Assembly: GCF_009834535.1 (NCBI RefSeq) | Contig: NC_045697.1 | Span: 52,764,001 to 52,828,000, forward strand | From: Camelus ferus | Lineage: Eukaryota | DNA: 64,000 nt | Direction of reading: 5' to 3' | Notes under the pieces: generated by a model | Told to the model about the DNA's origin: nothing | The model's database searches: none | What the model saw: only the letters and a program-made list of their open reading frames with translations | Position numbers and translations under genes: made by a program | Shown: in pieces, positions 40,701-54,575 of the stretch | How positions within the stretch are numbered: the stretch's first letter is position 1 | How the letters are laid out: each line of letters starts with the position of its first letter

Positions 40701-42511
40701 AGAGACGTAAGAGGCAGACACAAGGTATTGCAGAAAGATGATGGAGCATATATAAAGCCCAGAGGCATGAAAAACTACACGTGTAGGTAAAGGAAATGTT
40801 AACTGCTGCAATGATTTATACCTTATTATGAACTCTCGTTCATTTGACTTAAATATTTATTAAGCTTTGGGGATATACTAGGGTACAAAACTAAGTCTCT
40901 ACCCCAAGAAGTTTACATTCTAATGAGGAGGAGATATTCTGAGTTTGTCAATGTATTAACTCTCTAGTTGTATTTGCATTTTAATTATCCCTAATCATGA
41001 CATGAAATCCCAAGCCTTATTAAAGGAATATTTTAAAAGAATAAAGGTATCAAGAATCAAGTAGGGAGGAAATTCTGGAGTCACAGTATCAAGACAAAAG
41101 CAGACAGGAGTTCCAATGCTCGTTTGAACTCTGCTTTAGTTGATATCACAGAGTCTCACAAACCCAGTCCTACAGGAGGTGCTGTGAATATTTAAAGTAC
41201 AGCCTTTAGCCATAGACTCAATGGCTGCATGGTCACTTGGCGGGTCTAAAATTGGAGTAGGTGTGTGTGTGCAAAGAAATTAGGATTGACCCACAACACT
41301 GTTCTCAGGAGCAAAGCCTCCCCTTTCTCCCCTTCTTCTTTCCTCCCCCTGGCAACCTCCAGCGACCTGTGTCATCTATCAGAGTCACTATCTCAGGGCT
41401 GTCATGCTTGCCAATTCCATAAATCTTCCCTAGATCATCAATAGCCTTCACAGGAGTGGGGATGGGGGGAGGGGGTGGCTACACAGCATGACTCAAAAGG
41501 CCAGTTCCTCCCAGGAGGCCTCAGTGATTACTCTGGATAAAGCAGCTCTTTGTTCCCTGTGATACTCTGGAGCCAACTGTTGCTGCCTGTCCTGCCATGG
41601 CCCTCAGAGAACTTGTGTAATCATGGAAGAATGTGAGAATCTAAGCCAGTGCTGGAAATAGATCACAGGATCTTCAGGAAATAAGAGAAACTAATATTTA
41701 TTTTCTATTGTGTGATTTTCTGCCAGTAATCTTGCAAGACTCTTTATATCTCATTTAATTCTCAACACACCCCTAGGAGGCAGATGTTATTGGCCCAGTT
41801 CTCTGGATGAGGATATTAAATCACATCTAATATACGTGGTATCAGATCCAGAATTTGAACCTAGATTTACCTAATTAGTGGGGAATCAAAACATCCTAGA
41901 GCTTTATATGGTTGAAGAGTTGGGATTTTAAGTAGAACGGAAACACAGCATTATATAACATTGAGTTACATAATAAGAAATTTGCCCGCTTTAAATTCAT
42001 TTTCGTTTCTTCTGATTGTATCAGGAAGGAAATCTTGGTTTGATGCTAGTATGTCTTAAACACCTTTCTAATACTTTGTTTCCCTTTCTAAGAATTAGAC
42101 CCAGAGATGTCAGCAGGCAGTAATATCTAGGTAGAGCTTAATAATGTTTGCCCTTACTTGAATTTATTTATGTTCTTCTACTGCAGAAGGCACGTGATGC
42201 TGGTTTTCATTTGTAGTGGTGATACAAATTAAGGCCTATTGGTTAAGCTCAGGATCTCCAGCATCATACCGTCCAGATTCAGCTACTTTCTAGCTGTTTG
42301 ACCTTGGGCAAGTTAATCAACCCTCAGTTTCCTCCCCTGTAAAATAAGTTTAATGGTATTAGCTATCACATAAGTTTGGTGTGTGGATTCAGTGAGATGT
42401 TGTGTGTTAAGCACTTAGAAAAATAATTTTTAAAAAAGAAAAATATTTAAGATACACTGTTGCTCAATAAATGTTTTTGTGAAATTTAAAAGAAAGTGAA
42501 CTGATTTAAAT

Positions 42512-42718
42512 CGGGATTTCTCATCCTTGATACTGCTAACGTTATGGGCCAGATAATTCTTTATTAGAGTCTGTGCTGTGTATTGTAGGATGTTTAGGAG
42601 TATCCCTGCCCTCTGTCCACTAGGCGCCAGTAGCTCCCAGTTGTGACAAACAAAAAACTTTCCAGACATTGCCAAATGTTCTCCTGGGGGCAGAATCACC
42701 CCTGATTGAGAACCACTG
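42512..42718 (-). mobile_element. MER20 (hAT-Charlie non-autonomous element)
   Basis: Minus strand CAGTGGTTCTCAATCAGGGGTGATTCTGCCCCCAGGAGAACATTTGGCAATGTCTGG..., with degenerate 8-bp flanks atttaaat and atttagag. Confidence 0.85.
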
Positions 42719-45091
42719 ATTTAGAGGAAAATATCAGATAAAAACTATATTTAGATATGACAACCATTTCAACATATAATGGGAGAAACTGAAGTTTGGG
42801 AAACACTGCTCTAAGACAGTGCTATTTGAAATTTAATTCTAAAAATCAGAGAGTAGTATTTTTAGTTGCAGGTTTTGGACTATATTCTAAGTTTCCTATC
42901 AAAGCTGAAAATACTCAAACAACTTAGAAGGGGCTAGACTAGTAAGTGCATGAAATTTAACCCCCCCCCTTTTTTTTTACTTCCTTTTTCTTCTCCTGCC
43001 TTCTCTTCCAGTCTGCCACCCAACACCTCCCTCTGCACACACACCCATGAGCTGACAGGCAACATCTTTTGTCCAGACTTCTTATACCCCTGCCTCCCAA
43101 AGCAGGGTGCTCTTCCCTTCTCCCAAGGCTCTAGTCCCTGCTTTTTGAATGCATGTAAATGTAAAAATGTAACTGATGCCATATCACTTAGTATGTTTTC
43201 AGTAACAGACGGCAAAAGACTATAACCTCAAATGGTTGAAATTAGGAGGAAATCTATCGGCTTGCAGAAATGAAGTTCAGAGATTGGGAGGTCTCTGAGT
43301 GATGTTAATTCTGGGGCTCCAGCTCCATTTTTCTACAGTTCCCTTGAGTCTGGCCAGCTTCATCCTCTGCTTTGTGGTGAATTGGCTACAGCAGTTTGGG
43401 ACCTCGCATTCACACCCAACCATGTTCAGAGCATGTTAAAAGAAATTTGTCTCTGAAAGTTATCCCATGCCTTTAATGAAAGTTCAGCCTTAGGTTGTTC
43501 AGCCTTGTAAGTTGTTTGCTTTCAATGATTTGCAATGATGCCAAAAAACCCTTATCTCTGAAGTTCATTAGTTTACTGGGTTGTTGATAGATTAAATGAG
43601 GTAAGTGAAAGCACTGTAAACTGGTTTGTAAACTGATAGGTAATTGTTAAGATATCTTTTCTTGGAAGGGTCTTTTTAAAAAGAATAATAAATCTACTCA
43701 ACTAGTCATTCATAGTAGAGTTTATTATGCAAACACTCATGGAACAACAATGGGGAGTGAATGTCAAACAAACCTTAAAACTGGTGCCTTAATCCAAGTA
43801 AGTCTCAAGGAGAACTGGTGATTGACTCTAGACTCAAGACGGCTCTGGAGTACTCAGCAATAGAATTCACAAACCTTATTATGCTCTGCATTGGTGTGAC
43901 CTTGCTATATTAAATGTTTCTACTTTCTTCCATCCTGCTCCCAACTGGCTAATTATTTCTGCATTTGTAATTCAAATTGCCAGGATGGGGATGATGATTG
44001 ACTTAGCCAATAATTCATCTATTTTTGGACAAAACCGTTTACCTGGGCCACATTAGAGGCCACTGGCCAGCTTGTAGGGAGAATGCGCTTGGTCTCCATG
44101 ATTGATTAATAATGTGTTTCATAACCTAAATGAATGTCATTTCACACTACATAGTGTGTTTTTGCACACATCAAGAAGTTGATTTAAGTAAATGGAACAT
44201 GTGAATACATCAGTGCTCCCTAATTAAACTGTAAATTTAATGCAATTCTCTACCCAACAAATAAACCCACAGATGGAGATTAAAAAAAAAAGAATTTTCA
44301 GAAAAACTTAAATGTGCAAGTTTAGTAAAAAATTTAACCAAAAATTTAAAAAATAAAGGTAGTGAGAGCTGGTCAGCTTACCAGTTATTAAAACATTATA
44401 AAATTACAATGTTTAAAAATTTGCAAAGAAAGCTAGATCAATGGAACAGAAGGAACAGAAACAAAAAACATATAAAATTAATACAAGAAAAATAGATTAT
44501 TCAGTAAATGATGATGAGACAACTGGATAGCCATCTGAAAAATCTTGGATCACTACTTAAATTTCTTATGCCAAATTATATTGTAAGTGGATCAAAATTT
44601 TACACATAAAAATTGAGTCATAAAAATGCTAGAAAAAACACTGAAGAATTTCTAATAACCTCATTAGGGAGAAAACCCTTCAAGCTTGACATAACTCCAG
44701 AATCCAAATCCAAACAGATATTCACAGCAGATATTGAGAAATCCGATAAATGAAAAATAATTTGCCAATAGTGAAGATATTAATAACAAAATATTTAAAT
44801 GGATAAATTAGGGGAAATATTTACAGCATATTACAGAGGTAGTCCTTATTTCTTTGCTTTATAAGCAGCTCTTTTAATTCAATAAGAAAAGATCACAACA
44901 CAATTTTTTAAAACGGGGAAAAATACATAAATAGAATGTTTTACAGCTATTAAATAGATGAGGCACATTCATATAAACTGATTTTGGATGATCTTTCAAA
45001 TTATTAGTAAGAGATAAAAGCAAAGATACAGAAAAACAGTATCTATTATTTATTTTAAAAAAGTAAGAGGGAGGGAAGTATTTGAAAGACT

Positions 45092-45992
45092 GGGTTATTA
45101 ATTTCCTAGTGTTGCTATAACAAATTGCCACAAATTTAGTGTATTAACACAACATAAATTTATTACCCTATAGTTCTGAGGGTTAGAAGTCCAGATGGGT
45201 TTTACTGGGCTATGTTTCTTTTGAAGACTGTAGGGGAAAAGAATTCATTCCTTGACGTTTTCCAGCTCCTGGAGGTTGCTCACAATCCTTGCTCTTGGCC
45301 TTGTATCACTCCAGGTTTTGCTTCTGTCATTACATCTCATTCTCTCACTCTTCTGCCTCTCTCTTCTATCTTTTAAGGACCCTTGTGATTGCATTGGACC
45401 CACCCAGTTAACCCAAGATAATACCCCATCTCAAAATCCTTAATTTAATAATATTGCAAAATCCTTTTGCTACGTAGAGCAACAACACAGTGTCAAAGAA
45501 AAATCAGAGCTGTGTTAAATCAGTGAAAGCAGGTTTTATTCAGCTACTGCAATGGGGGAAAAGAGAACTCAGTATAGAAGTTTAACTCTGGGTTTAACTC
45601 TGAATACAACATGGACAGGTGGGGATTTATAGCCAAGGAACAAGGTGGAGATCAGTGGGTGAGAAGTTACTGGAAGAAAAATCAAGGGTAGAAGGGGATT
45701 TCTGCTAAAGGCAGTCCAGGGTGATCAGATATCACCTGGGGGATGGTGGAGGATAAGGAATCAGATATAGAGGGTGATTAGTTATCAAGGGTGCGGGTTG
45801 TGTCTAAACTGACTTAAAAGAACTCTTGCTAAAACTGGGCAGTGCAGACAAACATGTCAGCCCAAAGGTTGAAGCCTACTTGAAAAGATGGATCAGAAGA
45901 GGCCGACTACAGTTTGATAAGGAGACAGCCTTCGTCAATAGTTATAAGTTCCAAGGATTAAGATATGGGGGTTATTATTCTGCCTACCATAC
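45092..45992. mobile_element. MaLR LTR (MLT1B/C-like), split by an ERV1 LTR
   Basis: Begins GTTGCTATAACAAATTGCCACAAATTTAGTG... and resumes after 45941 with TTCCAAGGATTAAG...ATTATTCTGCCTACCATA. Confidence 0.7.
45491..45937 (-). mobile_element. ERV1-class solo LTR (MER31/MER67-like)
   Basis: TG...CA termini, near-perfect 4-bp TSD acag/atag, and a reverse AATAAA (ttttatt) at about 45535. Confidence 0.7.
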
Positions 45993-48847
45993 CAGGCAAA
46001 TCAATTATCCAAAGAGAATCAACTGAAAAACTATTATAAGCAATAAAATAATTCATTAGAGTGGCTGAGTAAAAAAAATTAATATACAAAACACAACATC
46101 CCATCTGTCCAGCAACTAAAATGATAAAATACATAGAAATATATATGTCCTTGATTATACAAGAAAACTGTAAAAATGTCATTGGGAAGGGAAAATATCA
46201 ACCTGGGGAGTATAAATAGGAAGGAGAATTATTTTTCAATGTGTCTTGTTTTGCATCATTTAAGTCATTTCATAGCCATCTTCTGTTAAACACGTGAATC
46301 TGATCTTGTCACTACCGACTTAAAATTCTGCATTGGTTTTTTGGTTGTTGTTGTTGCTTGCCAGAATTGTTTTTGTGGGCTTATTTTTGTTTTTGTTATT
46401 GCTGTTACCCAACTTCCTTTTCCTATTTTTGGAAAATCTGCTGTTGTGTATGGTTTCAGTAGGACTCGGTGCCCATCTTTTACTACGGACACTGAAGGGG
46501 GGAGGAATTGGATCTTCCTGCCCAGGGCATTGACCCTGCAGGTGGTTATACAGAACCAAGGGACGCTGAGATCTACTCACGCGAACCTGCAGAAGCATCC
46601 CACGTGTGTGGAGGTGGCCTCCTAGCCAGTCTATTTATAATTTAAAAGCAACTATTGACTTTCTTTTTTTTAACCTGAAGGAGCACCTTGTTTTTTTCTG
46701 TTTTTCAGATCTTTATCTTCCACTTCTTGCTAATTTTGTGAATCCTGCAAACTGTGTGATATGTGTGTGTGTGTGTGTGTTTTCCTATTTCTTGCAACAA
46801 CCCCCCCCCAATTCCAGATATCAGTCAAACCCCTTAGTAAGTCATACAAGGCCCTGCTTTTATTTTCAGGCTTCTCTCTAGTCTGCCTTATCCCCAGGAC
46901 ATACCTGCATTTTCCATAATTTCCCAAACACACCATGCCTTTTTACCCCTCCATAACCAACAGGAATGTTTTCTTCTCCAGAGGTAAATGCCTTCTGAGC
47001 TTTTAATACCCACATAATTCAACTATAATTTCCCTGCATCATCCCCTCATAGTACTTTCTCTTCTACTTCTGTGGTCTGTTACAGTATTTATCATATTAT
47101 GTTTGAAGTATCTGAACTATTCTGTATCAGACTGAGAAGTCCGAGGGTTGATCAGACTGTAGTCTGGTCCAGCACATGGTATGTTGAGGCATCTTAATAA
47201 ATATTAGTTGACTACATGAATGAAATTAATTAAATGTATTTTTGATGATTCAAGATTATTATGACCACCATTAACCTTTTTTGGTCCATTTCACTATAGC
47301 TCTTTGGGGATACAAAAGGGTAAAGGATGATTTGTTCCTTTAGAAATTTATTTTTTATTTAGCAGCTTAAAAATAGCTTCCATATATATTTTCTTAGTTG
47401 ATTATTGTTAGAATCATATGTAACAAAGTAGGATAATGAGTTTCAGAGAGATTGAGTAGCTTTCCTAAGGTTACATGACATATATAAGTGGTAATAATAA
47501 AATTAATAAAAGAAAAACATGTAGCATTTACTTAACACTTACTTTGTCCAAATACTTTAAAAAATTTTTTTACTTGCTGTATCTAATAAGATCCCTTCCA
47601 CCACATGGTAAGTACTATTATTATCTTCGTTATTTGGATGGGGAAACTGAGATCACCAATTAGGAAATGGTAAAGCTGAACTTGAACTATTGATATGGAA
47701 TCAGTGTCCCAGGTCATGCTTCTCTGGTCATTTTACTGTATCCTCCTGCTGCTCTCAACAGCCATGCTTATGACTTCTTATCACTTCTTTTCGTGCTATT
47801 TTCTTGCAGTGCCATCTTGTTGCTGCTAATTTACTATTTCTTATCTGTGCTGGAAACCAGGTAAGTAAACTTACTAATATTTATGTCTAAAATAGAAGGA
47901 GGAAATGAATGAATAGCTATGGTTTCTGTAATGTCTTTTATGGGAAAAATATTTTTTGTTATTGTTCACTTCTTGGTTCTCCATCATATTGTATTTAGTA
48001 AAATTGCCTCTTGTCAAACAGCTTTATTTGAATTAATGCAATTAACCTGAACACAAGTTTCTCTAAGTAGTCAGTGAGGTGCTGGAGTGGCAATAATCTG
48101 GAAGTCATAATCTGTTTTTCAGCACTTGAGCTCATCCATCTGAAGGAGAGAGACACTAACTGGCTCAGTGAACCTACCACAGTGTTTGTGCTACAAACTG
48201 CTTCACAGTGTTAAATGGCTGAAATGATAAATGTGTATACCTTGTCAAAGGAGCAGAGCTCACAGCTTCAGAAAAGCTACTGAGCTCTAGAACACCTGTT
48301 AGAAATTGCCCTTTTGTCAGTTTATGCTTTCATTGATATATATTTCTCTTCTGTACTACAACTTCTTTTTTTTATTGTTCTTGCATATGTGTGTATAGCA
48401 AAAAAAGGTCAGAGAGCTCGAATTTGCCTCTAACACTGGTGGCAGAGAAAAGCCCACTTTTGTATGTGTACTAATTAAAATGGTGCAATAATGTGTAATT
48501 ACCCATGCATAGGTATTCATGTAATGTTTCATTCATGCAAATGTTTAAGAATCTGATTTCATTCATTCACTTCATTTCATGCACATTTACCATGTGCCCA
48601 GCACTCTATATGTACAAGAAGTATAGTAGGAAACAAAATCAGTACGGTTCCTACCCTCATTGAGATCACGTCTCAGTGATGTGCAGCCGTATTATAAATC
48701 AGCTTTTGCTTTTAATTTGTAACCCAATGTCATCATAAAATACTACCTATAAAATTTTTATAGCAATGTGAAACTTCCAAAATACACTCCCTTGAAAAAT
48801 ATAGGTCTAAATATAATCATTGGATTTTAATGCTGAAATAATTTTTG

Positions 48848-49977
48848 CTTTTTATTATTTTTTTATTTTATTTTATTTTTCATTTAAGTGAAGTTAGTTA
48901 CAATGTGTCAGTTTCTGGTGTACAGCATGATGTCCCAGTCATGCATATACATACATATAATCTGTTTGATATTCTTTTTCATTAAGGGTTATTATAAGAT
49001 ATTGACTGAAGTTCCCTGTGCTATTTTTTAAAATTTGTTTTTATATATAGTGGCTAACATTTACAAATCTCAAACTTCCCACCCTCCTTTTCCCCGGTAA
49101 CCATTGTTAACTATGTCTGCAAATCTGTTTCTGTTTTGTAGATGAGTTCATTAGTGTCCTCTTTTTTTCTTTTTTTTAGATTCCACATATGAGTGATACC
49201 ATATGGTATTTTTCTTTCTCTTTCTGGCTTACTTCACTTAAAATGATGATCTCTAGATCCATCCATGTTGCTGCAAATGGCATTATTTTATTTTTTATGG
49301 CTGAGTAGTATTCCATTGTATAAACATATCACATCTTCTTTATTGAATCATCTGTTGATAGACATTTAGTTTGTTTCCATGTCTTGGCTATTGTATATTG
49401 TGCTGCTATGAACATTGGGGTGCATGTATCTTTTCGAATTAGAATTCCCTCCAGATATATGCCCAGGAGTGGGATTGCTGAATCATATGGTAAATCTATC
49501 TTTAGCTTTTTGAGGAATCTCCATACTGTTTTCCATAATGGCTGCAGTAAACTACATTCCCACCAACAGTGTAGGAGGGTTCCCTTTTCTCCACACCCTC
49601 TCCAGCATTTATCGTTTGTGGATTTTTTAATGAAGGCCATTCTGACTGGTGTGAGGTGATACCTCATTGTAGTTTTGATTTGCATTTCTCTGCTAATTAG
49701 CAATATTGAGCATTTTTTCATGTGCCTATTGGCCATTTGTATGTTGTCATTGGAGAATTGCTTGTTTAGGTCTTCTGCCTATTTTGGGATTGGGTTGTTT
49801 GTTTTTTTGTTATTAAGTTACATGAGCTCTTTATATATTCTGGAAATTAAACCTTTGTCAGTCATATCATTTGTGAATATTTTCTCCCATTCTGTAGGTT
49901 GTTGTTTTGTTTTGCTTGCGGTTTCCTTTGCTGTGCAAAAGTTTTTAAGTTTAATTAGGTCCCATTTGTTAATTTTT
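48848..49977 (-). mobile_element. 5'-truncated lineage-specific L1 (ORF2 C-terminus plus 3' UTR) with TSD
   Basis: ORF 49329-49736 [10 protein letters not shown]...[38 protein letters not shown] is the L1 ORF2 Cys-rich domain. Flanked by tgctgaaataattttt and tgctgaaatacattttt. Confidence 0.92.
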
Positions 49978-50042
49978 TGCTGAAATACATTTTTAAATGG
50001 GCATGTGTTATGCTCTTCTGCTGAGCTGTACATTTCATTAGG

Positions 50043-50300
50043 TATTATATCAATTTCCTATTGCTATCATAACAAATTGCCTCAAGCCTGGCAGCTTGAA
50101 AGAACACAAATTTATTATTTTACAATCTGGAGGGCAGAAATCCAAAGTGGATCTCACTGAGCTAAAATCAGGTTGTCATCAGGGCTATGTTCCTTCTGGA
50201 GCCTCTAGGGGAGAACCCATTTCCTTTGCTTTCTAGCTTCTTGAGGTGGCCTCCATTCCTCGACTTGTGACCTTATTCCTCCATTTTCAAAGTAAAACAC
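50043..50300. mobile_element. MLT1 LTR fragment
   Basis: TTGCTATCATAACAAATTGCC...AAATTTATTATTTTACAATCTGGAGGGCAGAAATCC. Confidence 0.65.
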
Positions 50301-52294
50301 TACTTCATTAACTGTGGTGAGATTATGGGAATTATCTTAATTTTTTTTCTTTTCAGCTTTGTTCTGATGGACCATGTTTTCTTTTTATAATATGAAAAAA
50401 AGAAAATTTTAACAAGAAGATTCTGTTCAGAAAAGACTTTCAAGTTCTGTACAGCTGGAGCATAAGTGCATAGCACAGATCAGTAGGAATTGAGGCTGTT
50501 CAGATCTGGTTGGAACCAGACCAGTTTTGTAGCCTTGGTAATGGTCTGAGCTGGACCTGATGAGCAGTGGGGACCCATGGGGGATTTTTAAGCAGATAAG
50601 TACTAATCAGATTTGTAACTTAAAAATAAGTGTAATTATAGATTTTATTAAACTAAGATAAACTTTACTACTCCTTTGTAACCCCACCTATTTCCCTCAT
50701 TCCCCCAGCCTCCAATATGCTTTTTTGAATATAAATAACAAACTAGAAGCAAAACAAAACTGGTTTATTTCTTAATTCTGATGAATCTAGCCATCTTCCT
50801 ATCAAATGTTACACTGAAAGGAGAAAAGCAGATAAATTACTTTTTTTTTCTTTTTAATTCATTGGTATTTGTTACAACTTTTTACTTTTCAATATATTAA
50901 TATAATTCTATTCACTTGCTGAAGAGTGTATTTTGTAATAAAATCTATTTAGTGTATGAGTTTTACTTTCTGAAAAATTGACCAGTGACCATGAAGCAAT
51001 AATTAAGTGAGTTCCATGTACTTAGGATTAATACTCCATAAAACTGCCCTCAGTTTTACTTTCCTAAAACACCTTGGTAAGTCAATGAAAAATCAGGCCC
51101 ACAACTAGCTAAATATGAAACTGTCTCTACATTCCTATAAAGAAATAGCACTTTAATTTTTTAATGAAATGCCATTGTTATTAGTTCATAGCAGATTACT
51201 TTCACAAAATCACATACTAATGGATTATATCAACATTACTACAAATCAGACTCTACCTTATATTCAGATCTGGGCAAATGAAACCAACTTTCAGACAGAA
51301 AATTTCATATTTCTAAAAATATTGACTCATAGCAGTCATATGACAGAGAAGGATGGGGCAAGTCAATAAATAATAATTACTAACATCCAAATAAGGAACT
51401 GCAGATTTTCGAACCTTTTTCATAGATATTATACTCAGAAGAATTGATTAGGTTTTGCAACAATTATTATCATTTTCCTCCTTAATTACCTAAAAGAAGA
51501 GAAAATATGGAAGAGGTAAACACTATAAAAGTATTTATGAAATTCAAAATGCATGTTAAGAAAGAAAGTTTAAAGGGCTTGAAGACATTTTAACAATTCT
51601 CATTATCCTCTTACTTAATAATAACCCTTTTAAGAATAAAATTATGTCAGGTAATTCTAGAGCAATTTGTATTCTGGAAAGAGAATAAAGAACATAATCT
51701 CATTTGTTGGAATATGGTATAGTGTATAGAGAACTAGTTTGGGGTGAGATATCTGGCTTAAGACCTTGCTCTGTGCTGCTAGCTGTGAGACTGGGCCATG
51801 TCACTTAATTTCACTGCATCTCAGTTTTCCAATGTAACAAATGGAATTAGTATTTAGCTTGTAGGTTGTTGTGAATAAGTACACAGCAACAATGGTAACT
51901 ATCATTATACATGTATAGATAGAAGTACTTGCTTTTTCCTTTATGACTGAGGTTCCCAAAGTAATGCTTTAAAGAAAAATGCTCTCCAATTTTCCTATTT
52001 TCTTTCTAGTTTTGATAATATTCTGAAAGTGTTCACATCTAAGAAGATGCCTGTACCAACATTAAGAAGAAAAAAAATCCACCTGTAAAGCATCATATAC
52101 TGGGTAGTAAAATAAGGGTTAGGGAGAGTCTGTAGAAGACAGATGAATTTTGGAGAATGAGTGGATTGTTATAAACTCAGATAGTGATTCCTATTGTAGC
52201 TGCTGTTGAGATGTGGTTTCACTGCTAAAGCAAAAAAAACAAACAAACAAACAAAAAAACAAAAACAAGACCTGAATTCTTTATACAGAACCAC

Positions 52295-53355
52295 TCTCTG
52301 AGGGGGATCTGTCAGCTATATGGGGGCAGATTTATTTTGTTGGACCATTTCCATCATGGGAGGGGCAGTACTTTGTTCTCAAAGGAATAGATACTTACTT
52401 TATCTATAGATTTTCCTTCTCTGCACGTGAAGTTTGTACCAAAACCACCATCCATGGATTTATGGAGTGCCTTATCCATTGTCATGGTATTCTGTATACT
52501 ATCACTTCTGACAAAGGAAGTCTTTCCATAGAAATGAGGGGACTATGCTCATAGAATTCACTTACCCTGCCCCCCTTCATAACACCACTGGCTTGACAGA
52601 ATAGTGGGATGGCTTTTTGAAGAATCACAGATAGCACTGGCTAAGTGATGTAGGCATAGCTTGTGCAGCTGTGGCACTGTCCTCCAGGAGACAGTCCATG
52701 CTCTAAATCAGATAATGGTATAGATGGTGTTCTTTCTCCTGTAGCTGGGATTCATAGGTCTGGGAATTAAGGGGGTGAGAATAGGAGTGGCTTTTTTCAT
52801 CATGATCCCTAGTGATCCACTAGCAAACTTTTTGCTTCCTATCCCTGCAACTTTAGGTTCTGTTAGTATAGTCATCTTACTTCTAAAGGGAGGAATGCTT
52901 TCACTAGAGGACCAAATATTGGTTCCATTAAGCTGGAAGCTGAGACTGCCTCCCAGCCACTTTGAGCTCCTCACACTGATGAATCAACAGGCAAAGCAGA
53001 TTCAGTGTGCTTACTGTGGTGATTGATTCTGACTATCAAGGGGAAGTTGGGTTACTATTGCACAGTGGGGTAAGGAAGAGTATGTTTGGATTGTGGGAAA
53101 TCTCCCAAAGTGCTCTTGCTACTCCCATGTCCTACGATTTAACTCAAGAAAGAAGCTACAACAACCCAGTTCAGGTAGAACTGCTAATGACCCAGACTCT
53201 TCACAAATGAAGGGTTGGGTCATCTTACCAGGCAAGGACGATGGCTATGTGAGACGCTTGCTGAGGGCAAAGGGACTATGGAATTAATAGTAGTTATATC
53301 AGCTACAACCACGTGACCAGGAGTAAAAGTGAGATCTGTAGTAGTTACAAGTATT
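52295..53355 (+). mobile_element. ERV-L internal relic: integrase and dUTPase region of pol, decayed
   Basis: Peptides GPFPSWEGQYFVLKGIDTY, AKTTIHGFMECLIHCHGI, PSDPLANFLLPIPATL, LSWKLRLPPSHFELL, VIDSDYQGEVGLLLH and KLQQPSSGRTANDPDSSQMKGWV, with multiple frameshifts. Confidence 0.9.
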
Positions 53356-54511
53356 AAACTGAGAAAATTGCTCTAGCCACATCAGTGCTTATACAAACCT
53401 CTGTTTGCTTCGGAGTGTTTACCTACTATTTGAGTCTATTCTGGAATTTCCACTTCAGAAGGAAAATAATTTTTTTAAGTCTACTTTTTAAAATTATTTT
53501 TAAGTACATTACACAATATTAAATAAGCCAACTAAATATTTTCCACTGAAGGTTTGATTTAATAGTTTAAATATTAAAATATCACAGCTAAGGCAGTGAC
53601 GGCTTCCTATTAGTTGATAAAGTGCTTTGTAGACATTCCCAAGCAGTATTCACACTTCATATTCTAGTTATTTGTTCACTGGTACAGTTCCTAGGCTGGC
53701 CTACAAGTTCTGTATAGACATATTCTTTCTCCTTTTTATATCTAGTACCAAGCTAATGTCCAGGTTCTAGAAATACTCTATCTGGGAAAAAAAAATTGTC
53801 TGCGGTATGTATGGTTGTACAAATGAATGAGCTAACACTGCATGTGTATAAATGAGTAATTCTAAAGGGACTAAAAACTGATGACTGTAAGTAAACATCT
53901 TTATAATCATTTAAGAAAGGTATAACGAAAAGAAGTTTGCAATCAGAGGGATGGGAGTTTGCTGACTTTGCAACTCATTAGTTGTTAATCATTGGGCACC
54001 TCACATAACCTTTTTAAGTCTCAATTTCCTCTTTTGCAAAACGAGATAACATCTTAACATCTTACAGCACTGTTATGAGAATTAGAGGTAATTTACACAC
54101 CTGACACAATGCTTAGCTCAGAGTAGGTACTCAATAAAAGTAGTTATTTTATTGTTTACTACATGTCCAGAAGTAATTAAATAAGTCTTTGTATAAATTG
54201 TAAATTATTATAAGATATTTTTACTAGAATTTTTTAGAAAACAGGAAACAATCTATTACATTCTACCTCATAACAGGATTAAAAAAAAAAAACTTACAAC
54301 ACTTGTCTAAACCTTGGGAAAATCCCTCACACTTTGAGTCTTGAGACATCTTCATCTATAAAATTGACATCCCAATGCCTATCCTCCTTATGTTATAGAA
54401 TTCTTAGAAGAATCAAATATGCAAATGAATTTTATAAACCGTAAAGTGATGAACAAATGCTAATTATTGTTTTTATACCTTAGATCTGAATGCTTCAGCG
54501 ATAATTGTGAC

Positions 54512-54575
54512 TTTTTTAATCACTGCGCTATCATAACAATGCATTTTTTAATCACTGTGCTATCATAACAATGCA
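54512..54575. repeat. 32-bp tandem duplication
   Basis: TTTTTTAATCACTG(C/T)GCTATCATAACAATGCA twice, with one CpG/TpG difference. Confidence 0.95.

Larger units (their letters stand above)
44130..46200 (+). mobile_element. Old L1 (L1ME-like) ORF2 fragments flanking MLT1 and ERV1 LTR insertions
   Basis: Motifs tagatcaatggaacagaa, gattattcagtaaatgatg and aactattataagcaataaaataattcattagagtggctg. Confidence 0.6.

Noticed and set aside
49329..49736. 135-aa ORF as a host gene
   Set aside because: It is the L1 ORF2 C-terminus in a truncated copy.
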